DNA from: Phyllosticta citribraziliensis
Lineage: Eukaryota
NCBI RefSeq assembly: GCF_038025025.1
Contig: NW_027117348.1
Coordinates: 1,364,001-1,428,000 of the forward strand
DNA: 64,000 bases
Reading direction: 5' to 3'
In this document: positions 32,292-45,480 of the stretch, piece by piece
Layout: every line of letters starts with the position of its first letter
How positions within the stretch are numbered: the stretch's first letter is position 1
Made by a program: the position numbers and the translations under genes
The notes under the pieces: model-generated
Databases searched by the model: none
Told to the model about the DNA's origin: nothing
Seen by the model: the letters and a program-made list of their open reading frames with translations, nothing else

Positions 32292-35200
32292 GATGGTCGT
32301 CGAGAAGCTTGAGGAGAGCGGATGTCAGGAATCTGCGGGCGGACGGGCTGGAGTCAGTCTCTTTCTACCAGGGACAAGACAAGACAGGACAGGGGAGCGG
32401 GTGGAGCGACGCACGGTAGAGCTTGTTGTGCTGACGACGCCCCTCGGGAATAAATGGGGATGCGGTGGTGAAAGAGATGTTGTGGGATGAGCGAGCGGCG
32501 ACGAGTGGGAGAGGTAACGAGAGAGAAATAGGCCTTGGACGGGGGGCCAGTGGTTTGGCAGGAGCTGCTGGATTGCGACGGAGCAGCAGGCAGAGCGGGA
32601 GGGAACGAAGGTATTTTGATCAAGGGCGCGGGCAAGAAGGAGGCGGGAAAATTAGGGGAACCTGCAGCCGGCGGGCATCGAGCAATGTGGCCCGGGCGAC
32701 GCGACGCCCGCATCCCATCCCATCCACGTCGAGTGGGTGGCTTGCCCGAGTCGTGCATTCCAGGCGACGCTGCGTCTACCGCAACTCACTCTCACTGCGA
32801 GCGGATGGGGAGAGTCCTGTTCGGTCGACGACGACGACGACGACGACGGAGAACCATCAATGGCCACGGTTGCTGCCACTGCTGCAATTCTCGCCAGCCT
32901 CCAGCGACACCACATGGTCCACTGTCGACTCCCCCCATCGACACCACTCTCGTGCCCTGTAATTACGAGGCCCTCGACGCACGCCCCTATCCAAAAAAGG
33001 CTCCAGAGAAGCTGCTAGCACGGCGCCGCTACCGGTACGGCGCCGGCCATTGGCCAATCCGCATGGCGCAAGCCCAGGGCATCGTGTTGACCGGCAGGGC
33101 ACCCAGGCGCGGGTGGGGGAACAGTGCTTGTTTGCGCCAGCCATCCTTGGTGTGCCGTTGGTGCAATCCTCTGCCCGCCCGCCTTCGTGCCGCTGCCATG
33201 CTGCCGCCTTGTCGGTTGCATCGCAAACTGCGTTTTCCAAGCGCAGTAGCTCCAAGTTTCTTGCGGCCTGGCTCAATGGCGATTTGACGACGATGAAAAT
33301 TCTGGAGGCGTGAATCTCGCCCACGGCCGTCTGGTGCCGTGAAACGCTGCCGGGGGCGGTGGCTCGGTCGACTGGCTCGACTGGCTCGACTGGCTACGCC
33401 TAATTTCGGTTTGGCCGCCCCGTTGCTTGACCAGTGTCTATCTGCTGCACCATCCTCATCTCCGCCAGACCCATCTGCCATGGCGACTTTGCAGGGGGCG
33501 GTCGCAGTAGCTGCCAGTGGCATTTCTTCGGCAGCCTCAATCATGGACGTGTGGTGTGGGAGAGTGCGACGAGGCGGCGTCACGGTCGAGCATTCTCGCG
33601 CGCTTCTGGCTCGCAACGGCGCGCTCCCAGGACCCGTCGCCCGGGTCGGTGCAGTCGTCAGGCTGGCCCAAGGTTTGCGAGAACGGCCGGCGTCCAGGCC
33701 ATCATTCTTGGGTTTTGCATTGCACTGGCTGGCTGGTTTCTTCTTTCTTTTTGCAGCCAGCGCGGCGTTTCATTTTGTTTGGTTTCGTTTGGTGTCGCGT
33801 GGTCGGTGGTGAGAGTCGTGGCCGTTACAACGCCGCGCTGGGCTGGACCATGGCTGGCGATACATTAGACAGCATGCCCAGCGCACCCTGCAAGTGGTTT
33901 AGCGCCTTCGGCTACGAGGCGGCCTGGAGTCCCGCCCGTCGCCCGTCGCCCGTCACAGTCAGCACCCATCCCGTCCGTCCTGCCTCCCACTTCTCGCGGC
34001 ACATCCATGTCCTCAGCCACCCCGATTCTGCTCTGATTCCACATCTGTTCAGTCGCCACCGCGAGCTCGCCTCCTCCATGTTCGTCGGTTCGGGAGCCAC
34101 CGAGGCCAAGCTTTGCTGCAAACCTGGAATTCCCATCGTCGAATGACGTCCCACCTGCCTGCGTCGAAACCGTCTCGGACTTACGATTCCGTCCCCTACT
34201 CCAGGCACGGGCACGGGCACTGTTGGCACAGACTCATCTTCTCCTGCTGCTCCAGTTGATCCTGCCTCGACTAAGCAGGACGCGTTTCACGTCGAAAACA
34301 CATCGGCATTGCTGTCCATGCAAGGTCGTCAGGAAACCTGCACCTCAAGCAAGCCAAGCCTTATCGCTGTCCACTCACGCCGTTTGCTGCCCGCCTTGAT
34401 TTTCCGTGGGCCATATCACTCTTCACGTGAGGGGTACGGTACACACTGTCGCTCTCCTTTTTGTCCTCCCTTTGCCACTGCTCGTACTCACTGCATCTAC
34501 GAGCCTCGGCTCTCAAATCAATCAACGCACTGCCACAGGGCTCGGGAGCCACAAATACTCCTCTTCTCCCTACGGACGTCTCCGGCAAATCATGGCCCTT
34601 GCGAGTCTAGTCGGCAATTCACAAGGCTTGTTTTGCACGGAGCCGAGTCCTTGCTCTGTCCATGCGGCTCAGCAAACCACCAACTGCATGCTCAGCTGAG
34701 CGGCCAACACGCAACAATGCCTGTCTTGGTGACGCTGCCAGCTGATCTTTCGATAGTCTGTCTCGCCCGTCGATTGCCCCCATGACGGTCGACCGGTCTG
34801 AAAGTGGAGGCATCGTTGTTGACGCCGTGTTCGATCGTAAAGGTCATGAAAGCCATGACCAAGGTCGTGTTGGCCCATCAATCGCCTCGTACAACCATCA
34901 AAATCTGCATCTCAGACTATCAACGCACTATTCTGAGGCTAGAGCTCAGATCCTTGTCGGCGGTTCCGCCGTATTCCTTAGCATTTCTGATTCCAGGTTC
35001 TCGGGTTGTCGAGCCTCGGGGGGGTCGCACAGGGTCAATTGCACTCAATTTGCCACGGCCGTTTCTGTGCCACAGATTTCCTGACTAAGAGGCCGTCGTC
35101 GAGAGGCTCTCGTCGGCATCCCGAGCCGCCAGCTCACCAGACCGTTGGCGGACCTTGCCTCGCAAATCCTGGGTCTGCCTGCAGGGCCTCTATCTGAGAC

Positions 35201-38200
35201 TATATGCTGGGCAAAGGCTCTCACCTGCTGTCTTGTTTACCGCTCGCTGACGCTGCAAGTTTAATGATCCCCATCTCACCCACATCGCAGACATCGAGCC
35301 GCCAGCCAGATCCCCGACCCCCGCGAGCGCCACCTCCATCAGGGGCTCATCGAGCAAGTCGAGTCGCACCGCGTCAAACCTCTAGAGCAAACTTGGCGTC
35401 GATGATGCAGAATTGCAAAAGCGACGACGACCGCAGGAGTGCGATGCCGGCTGCACCACCTGCGCCTCTCATCGAGGGAGTGTCTGCGCCTGGCCTGCTC
35501 GCGCCAGTCGAGCCCGTCGTTGTCGACATCAGCCCATGGCCTGGCGGCCTTGTGCCTGGCAAGAATTGCCGAGTCGTCTTCTGAACCGGTGCTACGCGAC
35601 AACTGCGCTCAAGTACCATTTTGTCCTGTCCCTCAGGCCTGCGCATCATCGCGCTCCGCTGCGAAGTTTGCTAGGCTGCAATCATCATGGTGGTTGCTTT
35701 GTCAAACCTGGATCTGGACGACGACAACCACATCATTACGACATTGCCGTCTCCATCCCGGCGGCTGGCCGCTTATCCTGTGCCCCCTTCCATTTCTATT
35801 TTCTGTCACATTTCACACGCTGTTATTATTTTGGTTTCCAGTCGGCAAGCCATGGCCGTCTGGTGCGTCGGCCGGCTGGCTGCTGCCATCCATGCTGCTA
35901 CGATAGAGGCGCCGCACGCACGAAGCAATCAGCCTGGCCAAAATCCGGAAGCGAGAAAAAGCACAAAAAGCCCGTCCAATTGACGTGCATACAGACAGAC
36001 TGGTGGACTGGAGCATGCGGCGACGACGGCTCCTCCAACCGCTTGCACTACCGCTCCTCGAGCCGCAGCGACCCTGGCCCCTCATTGCCGTTTCAACTGC
36101 CCTGCAGCGCTGTGGTGGATGTGTGTGTGCCTGCTTCAGCTTGCGCTCTTCTCTCTGTCGCTCTGTACTCCCAGGCGCGGCTGCTGCACCTTCCACCGTT
36201 TCTGTTGACGTGCCGCTCGTCAACCAGGTCGACGACGTCGTCCGTCTCCCCCTCCTTCATCGCCAGGCCCCTCCTTGGATTCTGAACACCCCTCACTCCT
36301 CACGTCACATAGATCCTCATTCCGTGACGGCCGGCATCTAGTCCCGCCGCTCCGCTTCCGCTTCCGCACCCGCCCCTCCCTTTCCTCTCCCAGGATCTCC
36401 TCTTCCTCCATCTGCTCATCGTTTTAGCGCTCCCGCTTTTCCGCCGCACAGCATTGACGCGCATCTTGCTTGGTGCATATGGACTCACATCTCTTTCTAT
36501 TTTTCACCCGCTGGTCCCCACTTCCCACTGCTCCTACTGCTCCCTTGCCGGCCTCGAGCGCTGGCAACTTGCAGATTGCAGCCGCGGCTGTTGGCCGTCT
36601 TTTGACACGTCGTTTTTCTTTGACAAAGTTTTTTTCTTTTTTTCCCTTTTGCTTCCTCACTCCTTCCCTCTGCATGCGTACATACATACCCCAGACCCCT
36701 CCCCTCCCTTCTCTTTCCTTCCCCTCTTACCCCCGGCCGCCTTCATGCGCGTCAACGTCGCCCCGCCTCTCCGGCGTCAGCTTCCGCTCTTCCCCATACC
36801 ATCTCACTTATCCGCAGCAGTTTGCCTACTGCCTGCCTGCCTGCTTGCACCGCGTGCAACCTCTGATCTGGCCCGCCCTACCCTGCTGCTTTGTGTGCGC
36901 GCGTATGTTGGTTTGTATCATGCCATCTAGGGGGGCCGGGCAGGGTTAGTTGCTCACTTGCTTGCGATCGGTATCGCATCGCAGATGCTGCTCGATGGAC
37001 TGTCGGACCAGATCGCATCGGAGCTTGGACCGCACACTACTGGATGAGTTGAGATGGATGGAAGGGCTGCTGGGATGTGGGCGGGACGCGAGAGCGGAAG
37101 CGTAGGGCGGTGTTCTGTCATTTGCATGCGCCTTGCTGACTGGCTGGCTGGCTGGCTGCAACTGTGGTTGCCCCGGCAGCTCTGGCGGCTCTGCTTTGAC
37201 GCAAGACGGGGTGGTGCGTTGGTGACGTTGTTGACTGATGACGGTCGTCGTCGTGGCCAGGGTCAGGGCCAGGGTTGACTGCCAGAGCAACGATGGTGGC
37301 GAACCATGTAACAGGAGAGTGTAGAGCTAGGCAGGTAAGTCAGAAATAGTGCTATCCGTGTAGTTGCTTGGACTGTATGTACGCCCTGCTACGAGTGCTT
37401 GATCTTCGCACTCTGTTTGACCGGTCTGCTCTGTTCTGCTCTGGTCTGCGCCGTCTTTGATCTCAAGCTCGCAGTTTGGTCTGGCTTGGTTTGTGCCTCG
37501 CGGTCAGCCAGTCGGTCGTCCAGTTCGGCCCGCTACGTGCGAGGGCACGTACGGACATACGGGCCTCTTTACCACGCACTTCTACCTAAAGAAATAAGAG
37601 GCTTGTGGCGTTTTAGATGCTAGCATTCAAACATTAAAAAATGAAAATACCAGGCTCATGTGCGTTGTGCTCTAGAGTCTAGAGCTTGGGGCTTGCCTCA
37701 AGATTCGAATGGAAGCGCACCTACTTACGCGTCTGGATTTCCGCTCTTGTAGTCGTGTGTAAAGTAGAGCGTGGGTAAGGAGGGCCTGTGATGGAGAGAA
37801 GACGACAGGAGACGCAGGTGTGTCTGAAGGCGTGGTAGGTGTGGGTTGTAGAATTAATTGGACTATGTAATGAACTCCGCAGTTCAAATTCTGCTATCCA
37901 TTTTGGCCGGGCAGGTAAATGGGCAGACAGACGAGCAGACAAGCAGCACGCGCGAATCCCTTTTTTTTCAAGTCATAGTGGAAGATATTTATCCATATCT
38001 ACAATATCCACTTCCTGTTATATCAGATATCTTCCATATCTCACCTAAATCAAACCAACATCTATCCAATCACTCATGCTATCATACAAACCCGACGGAC
38101 CCCTCTACCTCCCTACTTCCTACCTCCTTCACCTCCTCCACTCATCCCCCTGACTTGCATCAACCCATAACAAACACCGCCACCTCACCGCCCAAGAGCT

Positions 38201-39627
38201 TGTTTGTCCTGCTCACGCTCGCGGCTTAGTGCATGAATAAAGGCGCGGTGGGATGGGACGGGATGTACAGTATACGCACGCAAGTGTCCGAAGATCAGAG
38301 TGCAAGGGTAGCTGAATGACTGGCCTATATGGGTGTATGGGTGTCGAAGAGAAGCGATATAACACAAGAGACCGAGAGATGAGCAGCATTAGACATCCTA
38401 CATATGCTATGGGAGACAGGTATAGGGTAGATAGGTAGCAAACTGCATTACTGGAGGGTAGAGCTGGGATAGCTGCTCTTGAATGGCTGACTGACTAACT
38501 GAGAGGACGACGCTCGAGGATGCTGGGTGCACTCCCGCCTGTACATGTAGATGTGGAGGTAGAGGATGGGCAAGGGGAAGGGGAGAGCGGAAAGAAACAG
38601 AGGTGTGATACCATTGCCTTCCATTTACGCTGACTACGGCTGATGAGAAGAGGGAGAGGTGGAGGGCGTGATGGGATGGGATGAGAAAGAGAAAGACAGC
38701 AGAAAGAGTACGAGTCGACCAATAGCTCATTCGTCTCGACCGCTACGCTGGCGCTTCGCAATCCACACCGCTGCCCAAGCCAAACAGAAACTGAAGCAGA
38801 CGGCCGCTCAGAAGCAAGACGCAACAGCCAGTCGCGCGATCTAAAATTGGACGGCTCGGCTCACTTCTCTCACTCGCCTCGACTTGACTTGACTCCAGCC
38901 ACTCCACCATCTTCACCGACAGACTCGAACCAGCCAAACAGCTCTGTCGAGCAGCACACCCACACACACCGCTCCTCCAGCCCCACGCGCACCCGTCTCC
39001 AAAAGAGTTTGTGGTGGAAGGAAAATGAAGTGACTCGCGGCAAAGTGGGGAAAGAAAGAAAGAAAAGCAGACAGACAGAGGAAGAGAAAGAGGGCAGGCG
39101 AGGTAGCAGACGCGAAACAAACGCCGCCACCACCGCCGCCGCCACCGAGAAACGCCAGGCAGTCGAACCAAGCAAGCGGCCCCCTGATCTGGTGGCGCGC
39201 GGGCGCGGGCGTCTGCCTTGGGACGACGACGACGACTGCGGCGACAGGCGCCTTTGCTCGAGCCAACCAGCCAGCCAGATGGCGTGCGTTCGGTCATGGG
39301 TAGACAGGTCGTCGGGCTGGTGCAAGCCCATCCTATCCACCAGCGCCATGTCTTGGACGTCGTTTCTTCTTTGGGGGGCCGTCGTAGCATTGTTTTTTCC
39401 TGGGCAGCGGCAGCAGTTTGTCTCGCCCTGCTGCAAGACGCGGTGCGGTGTATGGGTTGCCGCCCTTCCCCATGTCTGAGATGGAAAGGAGAGAGACAGA
39501 TTTGGAGAGGCAGGCGGCGACAGCAGCAGCTCGTGACTAAACTGGGTAGCTGGGACTGGCGGTGTGAGGGTTTGTGGACGGTTTGGTGTTTGGTGTTGGG
39601 TGGTGGTGGTGGTGGTGGCGTCGGTTC

Positions 39628-41174
39628 CTAGTTGTCTTGGAGCGCGTCAACGTCCGTGTCTTCGATGCGCCACATGTACCACATGAAGAGCGACCTGGTG
39701 GATGGAACGTCACGTGTTAGCTTACGGCTGGATTCAGGGTTTATGACGCAGGTGGAGAAGAAGGGGTTCGGCTGAAATGTTGAAGGAGCGTAGTGAGTGT
39801 CGGAAAAAATGGCAGCTCCCTGTGCTCCTCTGCGGTGGTGAATGAAAGCTCCTAGATCCAGGCTTGAGATCAAACGACTGCACCTTGAGTTCCGCCGGAG
39901 TGCAGGGAGTTGTCATTCTTTAGACATCACTTTGAGGTGATTGATGCAAGTCATTCAGAGGGGTCAGAAACTCACCTGTACGGCTTGAACGGCTCACTCA
40001 AATCCAACATCTCCTGCTCAGTCATGTACTTCCACTTCTTCCCATCCAGACCGCCCTTGGTCTTGGACTTGCCATCCTTTGCCATCTGTCCTGCCTTTCT
40101 CTTGAGCAACTCCACGTCCCTCTTCTGCCATGCCGCCATGCCGCGCTGGACGCCCAGATCGCCCGTGCTGAAAACGTCTGTCCTCTTCAAGTTAAACATT
40201 GAAAACATTTCGACGCTCCAGCGCCCGAGGCCCCGCACTTGAATCAGCATTTCGAGTAGTTCTTCGTCTGTAGCTGAAGCAAGCTTGGCGGCGGAAAGCT
40301 CTCCAGACACAAACTTTTGCGCAATTCCAATGGAGTATTCGGCTTTGCGTGTCGATAGACCGGCAGTGCGGAGATGCGGGACGGTTGCGGTTGAGACCAT
40401 GGCTGGAGTCGGAAAGAAATTGCTGGGAGCTCCGGGCGGAGCAAAGAGTGCGACGAATCGGGCTTTGATGGAGCGCGCGGCGGCACCAGAGACCTGCGTC
40501 TGTTAGGCCGTAATGGTATGCGTTGCGCAGGGGGTAATCACCTGCTGGGCCATGATTGAACTGATCAGAGCTTTGAACGGCTCCACTTCTTCCTGTAGTC
40601 CTTCAGAACTAAACATCTTGCAAGGATTCTTCTCGATGAGTGTCTTGAGTCCGGGATCAATCTTGATGAGATGCGCTTCTGCCTCCTTGAGCAAAGTCTC
40701 GGTGGTCAATGTCGGCTGTGCTTCAGATCCTGCGCCGTCTCCCTGTGCAGGCGCTTTGCGCAGATACGTGACGCGTGATCCACCAGGAGTTGTGAGAGGC
40801 GCGTTGGAAGCGTGCGGCTCTACTGGACGTGGGGCTGCTGGAGAAGAATGGCTTTCAACCTCAACCTTGCGGCGCTTGGAGACTGGTGTCTGCGGAGGTG
40901 GCATTGCCGACTGGGTCTCATCTTGAGCAGGAGGGGTTTCTGCCTTTTTCTTGGGCGGTCGACCGCGCTTCTTGGGGGTTTTGGGTGTATCATTTGCTGC
41001 GTCCGCCGCTGCGAGCTCTCCGTTGGGTTCCGTGCTCTTTGTCTTCCTTGCTCGAGTCTTGGTTTCCTTCACGGTGTCAGTTGCAGCACCAGCCTTTCCC
41101 TCTACTTCCTTGAAGGCGGGCTCGGAAGTTGCGCGGGATTGGATGCGTGCTGAGCGTCGTGTGAGCGTGGACAT
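39628..41174 (-). CDS. MAG1: DNA-3-methyladenine glycosylase (AlkA/HhH-GPD family), 3 exons
   Basis: SIMAQQVSGAAARSI, LRTAGLSTRKAEY, HhH VRGLGRWSVEMF, DVFSTGDLGVQRG and PYRSLFMWYMW. Introns 40494-40541 and 39695-39975. Confidence 0.93.
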
Positions 41175-42005
41175 GGTGGATGCAGGGATGCGAGAGGAAG
41201 ACGGAATGCGAGGACGAGCTGAAGACCGCGCAGCGTGAAAAAGGCCAAGAGCTGGCCGAAAGGCGGGCTTGAGCCTGAGTAGCACAGTTGGATGGAAAGA
41301 CTTTGTCGTGATCACGCTCGCAGTCTGCATTTGGTGGTTGGAAGTGAGTCGGCGCAGCGTGAAGTGAGCGATGACGTTGACGTGAAGGCCGGGTGTCCCG
41401 CTTTCGCGCAGTCACCGGACCACAAAGTCCCACACCTTGACTTGCCCTACAAAAGCACTGGCTTGGCAGCTTCTACATTCCAGCCCGATCACGTCCCGCA
41501 CACAGTGGGCGTTGGGTTGAGTCGCATTTCAAACATTGCGCGTGCGTCCAAGAAGCCGTCACATTGACCACCAAAATTGCTAACAGGGAGATGCCCGCTC
41601 CCAAGCGGTCGGCCAATGTGGCTGCAAAAACCAATGGGCATTCTTTTCTTTCAATACTCACCTACTAGGTCATCAAATCCCAACTTTCAAATTCAAATGA
41701 GAGATCTCTAAGCAGACTTGGCAAATCCAATCCTTGAGTACTTTTCGAAGCGCCGAAAGCGGAACCATGATTTCCGCTGCATTTAATGCTCGGGAAAAAT
41801 CCATGGGCTGCATTTGCTCATTGCTGGACCCAAATTGTTCTATTCAAGAATTGTACGCACGAGACGCAATCATCTTAGACGTTAAATCCCGCTCCTTTGC
41901 TATGATACAGTCTAACCAGATGACAACCTGGGTCCGCAGTTGTCAAATGGCCCCCATTCCGCCAAAAGGCACAAGTCCGGTTTCTCATCCATCCAAGCTC
42001 GACAC

Positions 42006-42602
42006 CTATGCCTTGGTCGCGGGCTTCTTGATGGTCAGGTTCTCGAGGTCCTCGCGCTCGGCTTTTTCAGCCTCGATTTCGCGGATGATGGGGCTCAAGT
42101 AGGGAGTGTCCTATCTCCGTCAGCGGGGAATTGCGAGTGGTCGGAATTTGCGCACCTCGTCGGGCTTGGTCCATTGGTCCTTGGGGAGCAGTTGGTGGGA
42201 CAGCGAGCACTGGTCCTGTCAGCGTCCGCCCAGCCTGTCAAATCCTATCGATCCTACCTGGAAAGCGCGGCGCATGCGGAAGACGCGGTCGTAGGACTCC
42301 TTGGCGGAAAGGCGCTTGAGGGCCTTGAGGACAACCTCGTTCTCCTCGGGGATCAAGTCATCGGCCCTGGGCAAAAGGGTCAGCCGGGGCTTGTCGTGGC
42401 AGGCAATTGAGGAGCGATGGTTAGAGCGTACCTGAGACCAATCTTGCGGTAGCCGGCAAGCTGCAGGTCGTGGTCAGCGCGGGCGGTCCTTGGAAGATGC
42501 AAAAGATGGACGCACGTCGGTGTACCAGTTGGCGAGGGGCGTCATCCAGCGGCGGAGCCACGGACGCTTGACGATGAAGTTGGTCAGGGACGGAGCGCTC
42601 AT
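42006..42602 (-). CDS. QCR7: Cytochrome bc1 complex subunit 7, 5 exons
   Basis: LAGYRKIGLRADDLIPEENEVV, YDRVFRMRRAFQCSLSHQLLPKDQWTKPDEDTPYLSPII. Introns 42461-42515, 42367-42431, 42210-42257 and 42111-42155. Confidence 0.95.
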
Positions 42603-43210
42603 TGTGACGGATGCGCGGGTGAGGGGCGGCGGAAATGGCGGGCTTGTGGGTGCGGTGAAGTGGTCGAGGGCGTTTGGAGCTCTGCGATGATGTTCAAGAC
42701 TTCCTTCGGGCGGCTTTGTTTGATGTGTTTGACGGCACCCTCATTGGCTCGCACGGGGCTCGGGCCGAGCTGCCAAGGGTGGCCGCCGCCGCCGACGCCG
42801 CACCCTACTGCGAAACGGCCACGACTTGCGGCTTGCAGTATCTCGTCTCGTGCTCCCTCGCAATCCAACCCCCCACCCCGGCTTCTGACGTCCGTCCTCG
42901 TTCATTATTCGACCCGACAACCACATTATCCCAAGCCCGCCCCTTCACCGCAACGCGCCCTTCCGCAGTGTGCTGAGCGCTGCTCCAACTCCGCTCCGTC
43001 GCCCCTTGACTTCCCCCCAACAATTCGCCCGCCCGTCCATGGAGATCACCGTCAACCGTTGACCTTCTAGTGCCGCGGGGCCGCACACTGCGGAGGCGCT
43101 TTATAACACGCGGGAAGTGCGGCCTTCCTCTGCTTCTTGGGCCTCGAGCGCACGCTATCTTGGACGCTGAGCGCTCACACTGCACACGGTAGACTGGCGC
43201 ACTTCCCAAA

Positions 43211-44456
43211 ATGACGACTCCAACTTCGGCTGCGCCAAAACCCACAACCAACACCCATGCCTCGACCTTTGCTGCCAAATTGACCGGCGCCGTCGCCAGG
43301 CTGCCTTCTTCGAGCATCAACAGCTTCTGCGGGGCCATGGCTGGCGTGGCTTCGGGAATTGTCACCTGCCCGCTCGACGTTATCAAGACCAAATTGCAAG
43401 CACAGGGTTCCTTCCGGCGGCCTTCTCCCCAGGCAAGGATATTACCTTCACAAGCACTGTACAACGGACTTTTCGGGACGGCGCGCATCATTTGGCGTGA
43501 GGACGGTATCCGCGGCATGTATCGAGGCTTGGGGCCGATGCTGCTGGGTTATCTACCGACATGGGCCGTGTACATGAGTGTCTACGAGGGCGCAAAAGAC
43601 TTTTACTACGCCAACACAGGTTCGTAGTGGTGCGTTCGATGCTCAGACGAGGCTGATAGAATTGTAAGAAAACAAGTGGCTGGCCCGCGTCAGCGCATCC
43701 ATCACCGCCGGAGCCTGCTCAACAATAGTTACCAACCCCATATGGGTCATCAAGACGCGTCTCATGTCCCAGGTCAGCGCGCGCGCCTCAGAAGATGCGC
43801 GTCCGCCATGGCACTATAAAAACACCCTTGACGCCGCCCGCAAAATGTTCCGCACCGAAGGCATCGCCTCCTTTTACTCCGGGTTGGGCCCCGCACTGCT
43901 CGGCCTCACGCACGTGGCGATCCAGTTCCCGCTGTACGAGTATTTCAAAATGCAATTCACGGGGCTCGAAATGGGTCAGACAGAGGCTCGCGAGGCTCCA
44001 GATCCAGCCCGCCAAACGCTGGGCATACTCGCTGCCACATTTTTCAGCAAGATTTGCGCTACCAGCGCAACGTACCCCCACGAAGTCTTGCGCACAAGAC
44101 TGCAGACGCAACAGCGAGCAATCCTGCCCTCGCACTCGCCGGAGGAAATCTCGTTTCGCGGCAGCCTCGAGCACGGCGGCAAGACGCGACCCCCGGGCAC
44201 CTCGTCTTCCGACGGCATGATCAATGTGCCGCGGTACCGGGGGCTCATCCGCACGTTCAAGACGATCCTCAAAGAGGAGGGTTGGCGCGCCTTTTACAAC
44301 GGCATGGGCACCAACATGGTGCGCGCGGTTCCCGCGGCCATGACGACGATGCTCACGTTCGAGATGCTGAAGAAGGCGTGCGTGAGTCTGCAGGACGCGG
44401 CGGCGGCAGAGGCCGCGGCGGCACGGCAAGAACAAGCGGCGCAGCGGTCGCCGTAA
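43211..44456 (+). CDS. Mitochondrial carrier, NAD+/folate-FAD subgroup (Yia6/Ndt1-like), 2 exons
   Basis: CPLDVIKTKLQAQ, GYLPTWAVY, NPIWVIKTRLM, HVAIQFPLYE and YPHEVLRTRLQ. Intron 43620-43668. Confidence 0.9.
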
Positions 44457-45149
44457 TCTTATACATATTTTTGGTGGCGTACGCGGACGTACGCACCAAC
44501 GGTGCCCGAGGGCTGGAGGGTACGCACATATTGGGGCAGGGAGGGGAGCCCGCCATTTGTCTATTTACCTACCTTACCATGCATCATGTCAGAAGCCCAA
44601 AAAGTCTTGGGGCTTTGTTTTTGTCGGTTTTGCGTCGCACTTGGGAGCGTTCGGGACGTTGTTCGGACTCGGGAGCCGCCGCAGCGCAGTGGAGGAGGAA
44701 TTCCATCGAGGCAAGGGAGGGGATCATCGAATCGACGCCATCTTTCAGCAAGCACGGGCAGGGATGGGGATGGGGAGCAGGCTGTCGGGGAAGCAAGAGC
44801 GCAGAGAAGCGGCGTCAGGGATTGAAATCATTTGGGTCACCACCATATTGAATTGTTCTCTCTATCGTACCCACTATTACCTCGTTTTTTCTTTTCTCCC
44901 TCTTTCTCTCTTTCTCCCCAGCGAGCGCGTCTTGTGTCTTTTCGACCATATCTTTGTCGTTGTTCCTTGGCTGTCGGGATATTAGGCTGGCCTTCTGCCT
45001 TTGGGCCTGTCAGCTTGGTGGTCAGTCGGTATGTAAGGGCCTCTGCATCAGCACCAGTTACAGGAAAATCTGGCCTGCCTTGTGACGACACGGCTGCTGC
45101 ATTTAACTGTCCTGTGATGCCTCTCTTATCTGCCCATGTGCCTGAGCGC

Positions 45150-45480
45150 TGCCCGTCTGGTGTGAGCACTGCACTGTCCCGTGATGGCCCAGCGGCCCAA
45201 ACACATGCCAAAGCGTGGACCGTCTGGTGTGAGCGTATGCCCGTCTGGTGTGAGGCCCGTCTGGTGTAGGCACTGCCCGTCTGGTGTGAGGCCCGTCTGG
45301 TGTGAGGCCCGTCTGGTGTGAGCGCTGGCCGTCCAATGTGATCACTTCACCATCCTGTGATAGCCAACCCATGCAAGCACATGCCCAAGCGTGGACCGTC
45401 TGGTGTGAGCATGTGCCCGTCCGGTATGAGGTGTGCCCGTCTGGTGTGCCGTCCGGTGTGAGCACTGACCGTCTGGTCTC
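45150..45480 (+). repeat. Minisatellite of ~13 CCGTC(T/C)GGTGTG units with a higher-order ~176-bp duplication
   Basis: GCCCGTCTGGTGTGAG is repeated with 0-5 nt linkers. CACATGCC.AAGCGTGGACCGTCTGGTGTGAGC.T.TGCCCGTC.GGT.TGAGG occurs at ~45203 and ~45378. Confidence 0.92.

Noticed and set aside
32465..36285. Many 150-290 aa ORFs upstream of ECM33
   Set aside because: They overlap in all frames, are R/P/C-rich and show no motifs, consistent with GC-rich non-coding DNA.
45150..45480. CRISPR-like array of short direct repeats
   Set aside because: Repeats are 12-16 bp with 0-5 nt or duplicated linkers rather than unique ~30-nt spacers. There are no cas genes and the DNA is eukaryotic.
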